A stretch of 64,000 nt of DNA, from NCBI GenBank assembly GCA_963716175.1, contig OY970296.1:2912001-2976000 (forward strand), read 5' to 3'. Position 1 is the stretch's first letter; the number at the start of each line of letters is the position of its first letter. Below the pieces are notes generated by a model. That model worked only from the letters and a program-made list of their open reading frames with translations, ran no database searches and was not told the DNA's origin. The DNA is from an uncultured Armatimonadetes bacterium. GTDB taxonomy: Bacteria; Armatimonadota; Hebobacteria; Hebobacterales; Hebobacteraceae. Below are positions 30,474 to 39,172 of this stretch, one piece after another. A program made the translations under genes and the position numbers.

Positions 30474-31442
30474 CTAGGCATCGGGCCCCTGATACTGACT
30501 GCGGTTTCGCAGCAAATCCACCCCCCCGCAAGCGAGCCCGAAGGGCACTAGCACCACGAAGCTCAGTACCCGCAGCATCGCCACCACGATCACCGCCTGC
30601 GCCATCCCGACCTGCATCTGCTTTCCGATCAGTCCGTAGGCAAGCTCCAGCACCCCGAGATTCCCCGGCGTCACGATCACATAGCCGCTCATCTTGTGCA
30701 GCACGTAGAATAGCGCCAGGGCCGGCAGGCTGGCGCGCACGTTCAGGACCTGGAAGCACGCATACAGCAGTGTCACCACTACCGCGAAGACGACGAGGTT
30801 GAGCAGAACCAGCTTAAGCATATAGCGCCAGTCGCGCAGGCTCCTGACTGACACGGTCAGCGCTTCCGCGAGCTTTGAATGCACCCAGGCAATATGCCCG
30901 TCAGGGATCCTGATACGGCTGAACACCGCCTCGAACAGTATCGGCCCCGCGATCACCAGACCCGTCGCGGTCAGCAGCAGCTTCGAAGCCCCGAGGCCCC
31001 ACAGGCGAAGGCCGGGGGCCGCCACCGATAACACGACGAACGCGAAGATCAAGTTCAGGAAAGTGTCAATCCAGGCGAAGGACGCGTAGCTGCTCACATA
31101 TCTCGTGTACGCCACATGGTAGTCCTGCTTGAGCCGAATACCCCGGTAAACCGTCCCCGTCTGCGGGATGAACTGGTTCAGGAACGTGCTCAGTGCGAAC
31201 AGCTTGAACCATGGAAACACCGGGATCCTTGAGCCGCTGCACTTCTCGAGCACGATCTGGTACCGGTAGCTGTGAAGCGCCAGGTAGGTTGCGCTAAGGC
31301 CAAGCAGCAAGCCGATCGTGGGCGGGCTGAACGCCACCACCAGCCTCAGGTCACTTCTGTTCTGAAGCAAGAAGCGGACGATGTACCCGACACACCCAAG
31401 TGCAACAAACCACTGAAGGGCTCTCTTGAAGCCCCGCTTCAT
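30474..31442 (-). CDS. Flippase-like LPG-synthase TM family protein
   Basis: Multi-TM protein with NQFIPQTG and TPGNLGVLE motifs. Confidence 0.75.
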   Translation of the reverse strand: MKRGFKRALQWFVALGCVGYIVRFLLQNRSDLRLVVAFSPPTIGLLLGLSATYLALHSYRYQIVLEKCSGSRIPVFPWFKLFALSTFLNQFIPQTGTVYRGIRLKQDYHVAYTRYVSSYASFAWIDTFLNLIFAFVVLSVAAPGLRLWGLGASKLLLTATGLVIAGPILFEAVFSRIRIPDGHIAWVHSKLAEALTVSVRSLRDWRYMLKLVLLNLVVFAVVVTLLYACFQVLNVRASLPALALFYVLHKMSGYVIVTPGNLGVLELAYGLIGKQMQVGMAQAVIVVAMLRVLSFVVLVPFGLACGGVDLLRNRSQYQGPDA

Positions 31443-31578
31443 GCCCTGTCCTCCACCGCTCCGCGCGCTTAACCCCGAGCGCTAGGCTCTCCCAACGATC
31501 TCCGCCTTGTGCTCGCCGGTCCAGCATCTTCTTGCCATGCCTCCTGCTCCCCTTTCGACGTCCGCGATTCTCCTGAAA

Positions 31579-32451
31579 CTACTGCCCACTCGCACAGGGG
31601 AGCAGCATATTTGCATGCCGCTTTTCGCAAATGGCAAGCAAATCGAGGCTCTCCTGGACGTCATCTTGTGTGACGCAGAAATCATCGACACTGTACCTGG
31701 GGAAACATTCCAGTCGTTGCTTTCTCTTGTTGGCTGGACTCAGGAGTCTTTTCAGGATTGCGCTCACAATCAGCCTGAGTGGCTCTGGTATGAGCTTCCG
31801 CAGGTTGAACGGGTCAAGGGACTCAACCAACTGATTCCGTCTCACTCTTTCCATCTCGGCTTCCTGAATCTCATCAACTGCCCGAATCCCCCAGATGCGC
31901 ACGTGAGAGAACCGCGTTGCGAGCAGTCTCTCCAGGTCATCCGGGTAGTATTCCCTTACATGGAATCTGTTCCAGGGCCTATGTCCGGGTTTCACTCGGT
32001 GAGTCCTGTTAGGCGTAGTCAGCACGAAGAGCCCATTCTGTTTGAGTACTCGACGGACCTCACAGACGAAGCTCAAGTCATCGTGAACGTGCTCGATGAC
32101 CTGAAATGAGACAACAGCGTCGAAAGCGCCGGATTCATATGGAATAGTCGTTCCATCATATACTCGGAAGCTACAGTTATGCGTTCCGTATCTCGCTGCG
32201 GCATGCGCGACGGTATCCTCGTCTACGTCTAGCCCGGTGACGCGCTTCACATGCTCTGATAGGAGGCTCGTACCATACCCTTCTCCACATCCCACATCTA
32301 ATACGGTGGAATCATGAGTAAGGAGAGTCTGCATCGCGAATGCATATGCAAACAAGTGCCGGAGGTAGGTGATATACTCTTGCTGTGATGTCCATTGCGC
32401 CGGTACTACTCGCTCTCCCGTCTTGCGAAGTTGCTTTGCCAAGACCTCCAC
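31579..32451 (-). CDS. Class I SAM-dependent methyltransferase
   Basis: TGERVVP, LDVGCGEGYG, SFQVIEHV, TTPNR and FHVREY motifs; DNA visibly lower in GC. Confidence 0.88.
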   Translation of the reverse strand: MEVLAKQLRKTGERVVPAQWTSQQEYITYLRHLFAYAFAMQTLLTHDSTVLDVGCGEGYGTSLLSEHVKRVTGLDVDEDTVAHAAARYGTHNCSFRVYDGTTIPYESGAFDAVVSFQVIEHVHDDLSFVCEVRRVLKQNGLFVLTTPNRTHRVKPGHRPWNRFHVREYYPDDLERLLATRFSHVRIWGIRAVDEIQEAEMERVRRNQLVESLDPFNLRKLIPEPLRLIVSAILKRLLSPANKRKQRLECFPRYSVDDFCVTQDDVQESLDLLAICEKRHANMLLPCASGQ

Positions 32452-32587
32452 TCCTCATGAACCGAGTGGTTCTGCTTCTCGCCTGAGCCGGGGGCGCCAG
32501 GCCTCTGCGCCTTCGGCCGCAACCCTTCGGTCATACCATTCCCGGATTTCTTTCTCCGTTGCCATGCTGACAGCTAGCTCACGTGCA

Positions 32588-33676
32588 CTATGTGCCTGCT
32601 GACGGATTCCCTGAGCGCCCGTTGGCAAGCTCCTGGATCAGGCGTATCAGCTTGGCAGCTCGGCGCTCGGAAGAGAACTCCAGGGCTCGCGCCACCGCCT
32701 TCTCGTTGTATTCGATGTTCTCGAAAACCCACCTGATCTTGTCCGCGACCTCTTGCGGGTCACTGGTGTCCATCACAATCCCCGCGTCGCCCACTATCTC
32801 AGGCAGGCTCCCAGCATTGCTCACAATGGGCGTGCATCCGTGGAGCATGCTCTCCATCACCGAGACTCCAAAGCCTTCATGTTTCGAGAGCTGCAAGTAG
32901 ACTTTCGACTCGCTCAGGGTCCGCGAGTATTGCTCACCCGGAAGGTAGCCCAGATAGCGCACGTTCGCTGGCGCGATCGCCCTCAACTTCTCGATAGTTC
33001 GGTCCTTGGCCTTGCCCACGTGCAGGAACGGAACGTCCGGGAACATTCTCGCCACTCGCACAAACTCGAGATGCCCCTTGCGCGCCGAACTCTCTCGCGA
33101 TATAAGGCCTACCGTGATGACCTGGTTCTTGCGTTCAGTCGCTCTTCTCGCTTCCACTCCCTTGGTGCAGCAGTAGACCATCTCGTGCCTCTTGGGATTG
33201 GCGAAGTCATAGAGCTCCCTCTGGCTGGACCTGGAGATGCTGAGGACGAGATCGGCGTTGCTCAGGGCGTAACGGGCAGCATGCTTCAGCACCGGATGCA
33301 GAGGGAGGCCGTAACCTATCTCCGGCACTCTGGCTACATCGTAGCCCCCGCACACAATCACCGTCTTCTTTCTCAGCACCTTGCCAAAGAGCACCATCAG
33401 GAAGGCGTGCAGCCCGGCGAACCACGCGAACCCAACGTCGTGCTTTCGCATCTTGACCAGCATCTGGAGTGGCGCCAGGGGTGTGTAACGGAAATGAAGG
33501 AGCGTGGCCCTGAAAGCCCGCCCGAGGATCTCGAAGTCGTTCTCCCGGAATCCTGACGGGCCGGGCCGCCAGATGCAAAGGACCCGAAGCCTGGAATCAT
33601 GCGCTCCGGTCAGGCCCTGCGGATTCGCGGAGGCCGGCAGGATCACAGGCTCTTCCTGGCTGCTGCGGCCGGTCAT
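32588..33676 (-). CDS. Glycosyltransferase family 4
   Basis: GGYDV, RKG, SKHEGFGVSVMESM and SLPEIVGDAG motifs. Confidence 0.88.
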   Translation of the reverse strand: MTGRSSQEEPVILPASANPQGLTGAHDSRLRVLCIWRPGPSGFRENDFEILGRAFRATLLHFRYTPLAPLQMLVKMRKHDVGFAWFAGLHAFLMVLFGKVLRKKTVIVCGGYDVARVPEIGYGLPLHPVLKHAARYALSNADLVLSISRSSQRELYDFANPKRHEMVYCCTKGVEARRATERKNQVITVGLISRESSARKGHLEFVRVARMFPDVPFLHVGKAKDRTIEKLRAIAPANVRYLGYLPGEQYSRTLSESKVYLQLSKHEGFGVSVMESMLHGCTPIVSNAGSLPEIVGDAGIVMDTSDPQEVADKIRWVFENIEYNEKAVARALEFSSERRAAKLIRLIQELANGRSGNPSAGT

Positions 33677-34710
33677 GCTGCCTGAGCCGCCCGCCTACTG
33701 AGGATCTGGTACATCATCTCCGTCACGTCCACTTTCTCGTCAACTATCCGCTTCGCCTTCGCCTGCCATTCTTCACGGTGGTGGCCGGTGAGGATGGACT
33801 CGGCCTTCGCTACCGCATCCTTCATTCTCTCGGGCGGGAAGCTGAAGACGATGGCATATCTCTGCTCCTGCTCGGCAGTGGTCCCCGCGACTATGGGGTG
33901 GATGCAGATACTCGGCACCCCCAGGACCGCTCCCTCCGCGGCCATGGTGGGGCTCTCCCCGAAGATCAGCGCCGCGTGAGCCATGAAGTGGTGGATACGC
34001 GAGACCGGAAGCTTCAGGCGATACTGCTCCAGCTCGGCGGGCAGCGCCCCCTCTGATGAGACGAAAACCTTGCCGTGGCGGGCAAGGGCTTTGACCGCCT
34101 CCACCTTGTCCGCCGTGGTGAGTCCCTTCAGCCCCACGTCGTGCCCCGCGGCCCACCCCACAAACCTGACGATCGAGAACAGCTCACCAGGCTTCACCCC
34201 GGCCTCATCGAGCACCGATGGGTCGGCCTGGAAGTACTTCGGGTGCAGGTAGGCCAGCTCGTGGTAGCCCTCGTACCTCACGTGCCTCCAGCGAATCTGC
34301 TTCCGGTAGCAGCTCGGCACGTAGACGCAGGTGGCGAAGGGAAAGGAGAGCAGGTTGGATATGGTAGCGTGCTCGGTGTCGTAGAACACGTAGGTGGGAA
34401 CGCCCATCAGCTTCCCCAGAGAGCTGATGTAAGTGCCCGCAATCGCCATCATCACATCCGGCCTGAACTCCTTGATGATGTGGCGCAGCCGCCGCTGACG
34501 CCCGATCATCTCGGCCGCCAGGTTGAGCACGCCCTTCCGCGCAACCCCAAACACCTCGACCTCGAGGCCGTAGTCGCGCGCCAGCTCCACCAGGATGTCT
34601 TTGTCCCGCCCGGTGACGCGGACCTGATGACCCTCCGCCTTCAGTCTCGCAATGAGATTGCGGAAGAAGTGCACGTGAGCAGGATGCTGGAGGTCGAGCA
34701 GAACTCTCAC
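33673..34710 (-). CDS. DUF354-family GT-B fold protein
   Basis: HPAHVHFF, RDKD, YDTEHA, GYHELAYLHP and TMAAEGAVLGVP motifs. Confidence 0.8.
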   Translation of the reverse strand: MRVLLDLQHPAHVHFFRNLIARLKAEGHQVRVTGRDKDILVELARDYGLEVEVFGVARKGVLNLAAEMIGRQRRLRHIIKEFRPDVMMAIAGTYISSLGKLMGVPTYVFYDTEHATISNLLSFPFATCVYVPSCYRKQIRWRHVRYEGYHELAYLHPKYFQADPSVLDEAGVKPGELFSIVRFVGWAAGHDVGLKGLTTADKVEAVKALARHGKVFVSSEGALPAELEQYRLKLPVSRIHHFMAHAALIFGESPTMAAEGAVLGVPSICIHPIVAGTTAEQEQRYAIVFSFPPERMKDAVAKAESILTGHHREEWQAKAKRIVDEKVDVTEMMYQILSRRAAQAA

Positions 34711-35069
34711 TGACCATCTCGGCGGCCCTTGTTGTCCAGCGGCCGACGCTAAGCTCATTATACTACGAAACGGCCGACCGTTCACGCCAGGCCAAAGAAG
34801 GGCGTGACTTCCTGCAGTTGGCGGCGCAGGTTGTCATTCTCCGCCCGCCGGAGGCGGGCGGAGAATCCATGCTGCGTGGTGAGCGTCCGCCGGGGCGAAA
34901 GCCTCGCCTTGTCGCTACCCCGTGCTCCACCCTGAGACGAGGCCGGGGCTCGCCACCAGCCTGCGACTGGAGATAGACCTCCCCGCTCTGGGCCGCCCGC
35001 ACGGGTTTTGGGATACTGCAGGGGCCTGACTGCCACTTCGAGCCCACGCCGCGTGTTGCGTGAGAATCG

Positions 35070-36317
35070 TCAATCCTTCGGCACCTGCACCAGCCCGATC
35101 CGATACCAGTAGGCCTCTCCCGCCTGGTTCTCCGCGGCGAAGTCCCCGAAACGGTAGGAGGCGACTGGATCGGTGCTCCGCGAGGCGAAGGTGTGCACCG
35201 GCCGCCCATCAATCAGCAGGTCCACCTCCTGCGCGGTCCGGCGGCGCAGGATCAGCTCATGCCACACTCCTCGCGTGACGGACCCCACACCGTGCCGGCC
35301 CTCCCGATCAACCACCCAGACGAACCCCTGCTGCGGCCCCTTCTCCCCGGCGGCGCCCGGCTCATCCTCGAACTGCACCTCAATGTCGGTTGGCTTACCC
35401 TCCCGGGTGAGCGGGCAGACCACGCTGAATGCTTGATAGGGCTGCTCCGACACATACACCTGGCACCAGAACTGGTACGGGACCGCCACCTGCACCTGGC
35501 CCCACTCGGCCTGACAGCGCGCGGCCTCCTTGCCTGCAACATCCCGGAGGTAGAGCTGGGCGCGCCGCACCTCCTGGAATTCGCTGCCCTGCTCGGCCCT
35601 CCCCCCCTCTGTTGCCTGCACGCGCCACGCCCGAACCGCGCTCTGCACGGCCGCCGGGCCTTGGCCGCAGGTGATCACCGTTGCTCCCCAGTAGGCTTCC
35701 CCTGCCCCCTCCGAGGTGCTGGAGTCGCCCACCTCGACCTCGCGCGCGGGCTTGAGACCGCGGGCCTGGTAAGTCCCGATGACATCCCCGTTGATCCTCA
35801 GCTCGACTTCCTGCTCGCTCTTGCGGGCAATCTCCAGCCGATGCCAGCCAGGGCGCCGGAGATGGGCGACGCTGTGATCGCCCTTGGCATCACGGACCCA
35901 TACCATCCCGTGCCAGTCGTCTGGCGACTGCGGCAGCTTCTCCCAGGTCTCCCGGAGCATCAGGGTGATGTCGGTGGGCTCGCCAGCGCTGTCCTTTGCC
36001 TGGTAGACGACGAAGTCGTCATACATGTCTCCTATCACGTAGAGCCACCAGCTAACCCGGTAGGGTATGGTAGGTTCCCCCAGCGGAGCGCTGGCACTCG
36101 CAGTTGACCGCGCCTCGCTGCGGAGATGGAGCAGATCGCCGGCAACGGGCGCGAACTCAGGCTGGGTCTGAGCGGAGGCGCTGCCCTCCGCCCTCAACTG
36201 CCAGTGTCCCATCCGTCCTGCTGCCGCCACGTCGCACGCCAACATGAGCACGCAGAGCGCTGCCGGCCAGGCCGCGAGCAGAGCAGACCGCCTTCTTCCT
36301 GCGTTGCTTCCTAGCAT
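35070..36317 (-). CDS. Secreted protein with two tandem ~190-aa jelly-roll/LamG-like repeats
   Basis: Signal peptide. Internal duplication: PY...YV...PTDI...G.VWV.D..G.H.V....WH.L...R....EV.L.I.G...GD......GEAYW occurs twice. Confidence 0.7.
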   Translation of the reverse strand: MLGSNAGRRRSALLAAWPAALCVLMLACDVAAAGRMGHWQLRAEGSASAQTQPEFAPVAGDLLHLRSEARSTASASAPLGEPTIPYRVSWWLYVIGDMYDDFVVYQAKDSAGEPTDITLMLRETWEKLPQSPDDWHGMVWVRDAKGDHSVAHLRRPGWHRLEIARKSEQEVELRINGDVIGTYQARGLKPAREVEVGDSSTSEGAGEAYWGATVITCGQGPAAVQSAVRAWRVQATEGGRAEQGSEFQEVRRAQLYLRDVAGKEAARCQAEWGQVQVAVPYQFWCQVYVSEQPYQAFSVVCPLTREGKPTDIEVQFEDEPGAAGEKGPQQGFVWVVDREGRHGVGSVTRGVWHELILRRRTAQEVDLLIDGRPVHTFASRSTDPVASYRFGDFAAENQAGEAYWYRIGLVQVPKD

Positions 36318-36442
36318 GGTGCACCGCCCTCCACCTCAGACGACGAGGGGGCCGCCACGCGACACACCGTGCAGGCGGCCCCCTCCATTGGGCCTGTCGT
36401 TTGCCCTCTCGGCCAGGCTGTCAGCCAGACGCGCCGCGCGTG

Positions 36443-37006
36443 CTATTGCGGTCCTATCACATATGGCTCGAGGTCTGTGACCTTGATCCACCAGACGACC
36501 GGCGCCTGGTCCGCCGCGATCTCGAGCCTCTGCAGCCCACCCTGACCGAGGGCCAGGAACCGCAGCGTCCAGCGCTGGCCCAGCTCCGCGTCGCCGATCC
36601 ACTGGTACGAGCCGGCAGCTCCATTCTGGATCCCGTCGTAGTCACCCAGCGCTACCCCGTTGATCGCCACCTTCATCATATCGTCATCCCCATCGCCGGT
36701 CTGGGCGGTGGACCAGTTCTGCGCACACACCTGCACCCAGAGCAGGCCGCTGCTGGAGAAGAAGCGGTACTTCTGCCACCAGTAACTTGCGCGGTTCGTG
36801 CTGATGGGGTCCACCCAGAACGGTCCCCCCAGATAGGCGCCGCCCGGTCCGGTGGCGCTCCCTGGCGCCCGCTCGTTGGGGTGCACCTCCAGCAGCACTG
36901 CCGGCTCCGGTACCTGGGCCAGCCCAACCCCCCCTGTCCAGAGCACGGCCCCACACAACAACAGCGCGATCACAACAGCTCTCCCTCTAGCTCCTCTGTC
37001 CGCCAT
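36443..37006 (-). CDS. Secreted stand-alone copy of the shared C-terminal module (copy A)
   Basis: Signal peptide ending GLA-Q, followed directly by LLEVHPNERA...KVTDLEP. GGAGG RBS upstream. Confidence 0.8.
   Translation of the reverse strand: MADRGARGRAVVIALLLCGAVLWTGGVGLAQVPEPAVLLEVHPNERAPGSATGPGGAYLGGPFWVDPISTNRASYWWQKYRFFSSSGLLWVQVCAQNWSTAQTGDGDDDMMKVAINGVALGDYDGIQNGAAGSYQWIGDAELGQRWTLRFLALGQGGLQRLEIAADQAPVVWWIKVTDLEPYVIGPQ
36446..36898 (-). repeat. Shared C-terminal module, copy A (most divergent)
   Basis: Aligns by eye with the other four copies at DNA and protein level. Confidence 0.9.
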
Positions 37007-37137
37007 CGTCCTCACCTCCGCGCAAACGTTTCTCCACACAGATCAACTCCCACGCTTCGCGTAGCACATTGCCAGCGATTAGTCAAGAGGCCGCGGACAC
37101 GCTTCATCTCCACCACCAGCGCGCGCCGCGTGCCCCG

Positions 37138-39003
37138 TCACGGCTCGATCACCTGCGGCTCCAGGTCCGTCACCTTCACCCACCACAGCACCGGCGCCTG
37201 GTCGGCGGCGATCTCGACTCTCTGCAGCCCACCCTGACCGAGGTACAGGAACCGCAGTGTCCAGCGCTGGCCCGCCTCGGTGGCGCCGATCCACTGCCAC
37301 CCCCCGGGAGCCCCACTCTGGATGCCATCGTAGTCCGCCAGCGCCACCCCGTTCACCGCCACTTTCGTGTTGTCATCGTCCCCGTCGCCATTCTGGGTGC
37401 CGGTCCAGTTCTGCGCACACACCTGCACCCACAGCACCCCGCTGGCCGCGAAGCGGTATTCCTTCCACCAGTAGCTGCCGCGAGCCGTGTTGATGGGATC
37501 CACCCAGTACGGTCCTCCCAGGGAGGCACCGCCCGGTCCCGCTGCGCGCCCCTGTGCCCGCTCATCCGGGTGGACTTCGAGGAGAACGTCTGGTTGGAGC
37601 GCTGGCTCCAGGACATTGAGCATGGCTTCCGCATAGTAACAGACGCCCGGCGCAATGGTGACAGGGGGGTCGGTGGAGGAGACGACGTCATAGCTGCCGT
37701 CGCCGTCGAAGTCTTGGTAGAAGTCGGCGCTGGTGATCGTGGCATCGGTACTAGCGGCGGGGTCTACGATGACCAGGACTCGCCCCAGAATCTGCACCGG
37801 GCCCAGAGGAATCCCGTCAGTCATATCCACGGCGATGCGGTTGGTATCGGTGACTGGCAGCGCGGTGCCGCCGTCGAAATAGATGGGAGCGTAGGAGTCC
37901 CAGCACGTGGGGACAGCTGTGGAAGAACCGAGATAGACGTAGCCGCGCTGGGAGTGGTTGATACCGGCCACCGCGTAGAGCCTGGGACGGTAGTTGTCGC
38001 GGTCGTCGTTGTAGTAAGCGTAGGGCCCGAAAGTGCTCTCCAGGAACATGCTGTAGGCAACCCAGAAGAAGCCTTTGCTCCCGAGGCCGGTGGAGTTGCG
38101 CACGCCCCAAATGTTGCCCCAGGAGTTGGCCATGAGAAAGGCGCCGTAGTGTGTCTGCCCATCCCGGTGGTCAACATAGCTCTTGCTGTCGCTGTAGCCC
38201 ACGATGGTGACTGCATGTCCCCCCTCGGGAGGGCCGTCGGGGTAGTAGTAGACGCCATTGTTGACGCCGGTGCCATCAGCGGGGTAGTACCAGTACCAGG
38301 TCCGGAACACCGCGGAGTCGGTGGCGGCCAGGTTGCCATTGGCGAGGTGCTGCTTGATGGTGTCGAGGCCTGAGGGAGTGGAACCGTCAATCACATGGGG
38401 GGTCTGGGTGCGGTTCTCGAGGGCCTGCACCCAGGCCGCCTCGGAGGGCCATGTGGTCCAGTCGCTTTGACTGTAGGGTTTCAGGGTCCAGTTCGAGCAG
38501 CCGATATCGCTGAGCCGGGCGACGACGTACTGTGTGTTCGCGCCATTGTCCCCCCCGCCGTTGACCAGGGGATACATGAAGGCTGGACTACAGGTATGGT
38601 CAGGATCCCAGGTGGAGACGTCGCGGTTCTCGTCGGCGGCTTGCGTGAAGGTGTTGTAGTAGTAGCAGCCGGCCCAGCAGGTGCAGGAGCCCTGTCCGCC
38701 CTGGTTTCCGATGGGAGGGAAGTACTGGAGGGTGCTGTTGTCCACGGCCGCGGGCAGCGAGGCCGAGGCAGGCGGTGTTCCGCGGTGCAGGCGGGCGGCC
38801 TTGGCTTCGGCCTGGGCGCGCGCTCTGGCGAGGTCGTTGGGCGCAATGTGGGTGACCCTGGTATAGACGGCATCAATGTAGGCTTGCTCTTCCGGAGTCG
38901 GGGGGCGATGGCCGAGGCCGCGCCCCTGTGCCAGAGAGCTTGATACCACGCAGACGAGAAGGAGAGGAACCAGCAAGCAAGTGACAGCATGGCGCGCGAT
39001 CAT
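37138..39003 (-). CDS. Secreted papain-family (C1) cysteine peptidase plus shared C-terminal module (copy B)
   Basis: Signal peptide; catalytic motifs NQGGQGSC, GGHAVTIVGY and ANSWG are intact. Confidence 0.88.
   Translation of the reverse strand: MIARHAVTCLLVPLLLVCVVSSSLAQGRGLGHRPPTPEEQAYIDAVYTRVTHIAPNDLARARAQAEAKAARLHRGTPPASASLPAAVDNSTLQYFPPIGNQGGQGSCTCWAGCYYYNTFTQAADENRDVSTWDPDHTCSPAFMYPLVNGGGDNGANTQYVVARLSDIGCSNWTLKPYSQSDWTTWPSEAAWVQALENRTQTPHVIDGSTPSGLDTIKQHLANGNLAATDSAVFRTWYWYYPADGTGVNNGVYYYPDGPPEGGHAVTIVGYSDSKSYVDHRDGQTHYGAFLMANSWGNIWGVRNSTGLGSKGFFWVAYSMFLESTFGPYAYYNDDRDNYRPRLYAVAGINHSQRGYVYLGSSTAVPTCWDSYAPIYFDGGTALPVTDTNRIAVDMTDGIPLGPVQILGRVLVIVDPAASTDATITSADFYQDFDGDGSYDVVSSTDPPVTIAPGVCYYAEAMLNVLEPALQPDVLLEVHPDERAQGRAAGPGGASLGGPYWVDPINTARGSYWWKEYRFAASGVLWVQVCAQNWTGTQNGDGDDDNTKVAVNGVALADYDGIQSGAPGGWQWIGATEAGQRWTLRFLYLGQGGLQRVEIAADQAPVLWWVKVTDLEPQVIEP
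37141..37590 (-). repeat. Shared C-terminal module, copy B
   Basis: Near-identical DNA stretches such as tccaggtccgtcaccttcacccaccacagcaccggcgcctggtc. Confidence 0.92.
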
Positions 39004-39172
39004 CCGTCGTCCCTCCGGCTGTGGCTGAAGGCGATGGCCATTGTCCTCAACCTGATTAGGGAGAAGGGCCCTCGCCCGGCCCGTATGCAGTGATGCAGCA
39101 AGAAGGCCGGCGTACTCTACCACGCGCCTCGCGAATCGGCAAGCGTTTGACGGGTGTGAGCCGCGACCTGGC

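Noticed and set aside
34782-35036. Possible transposase OrfA remnant (RRAENDNLRRQL)
   Set aside because: Only a short coiled-coil-like string; no HTH, IRs or orfB.
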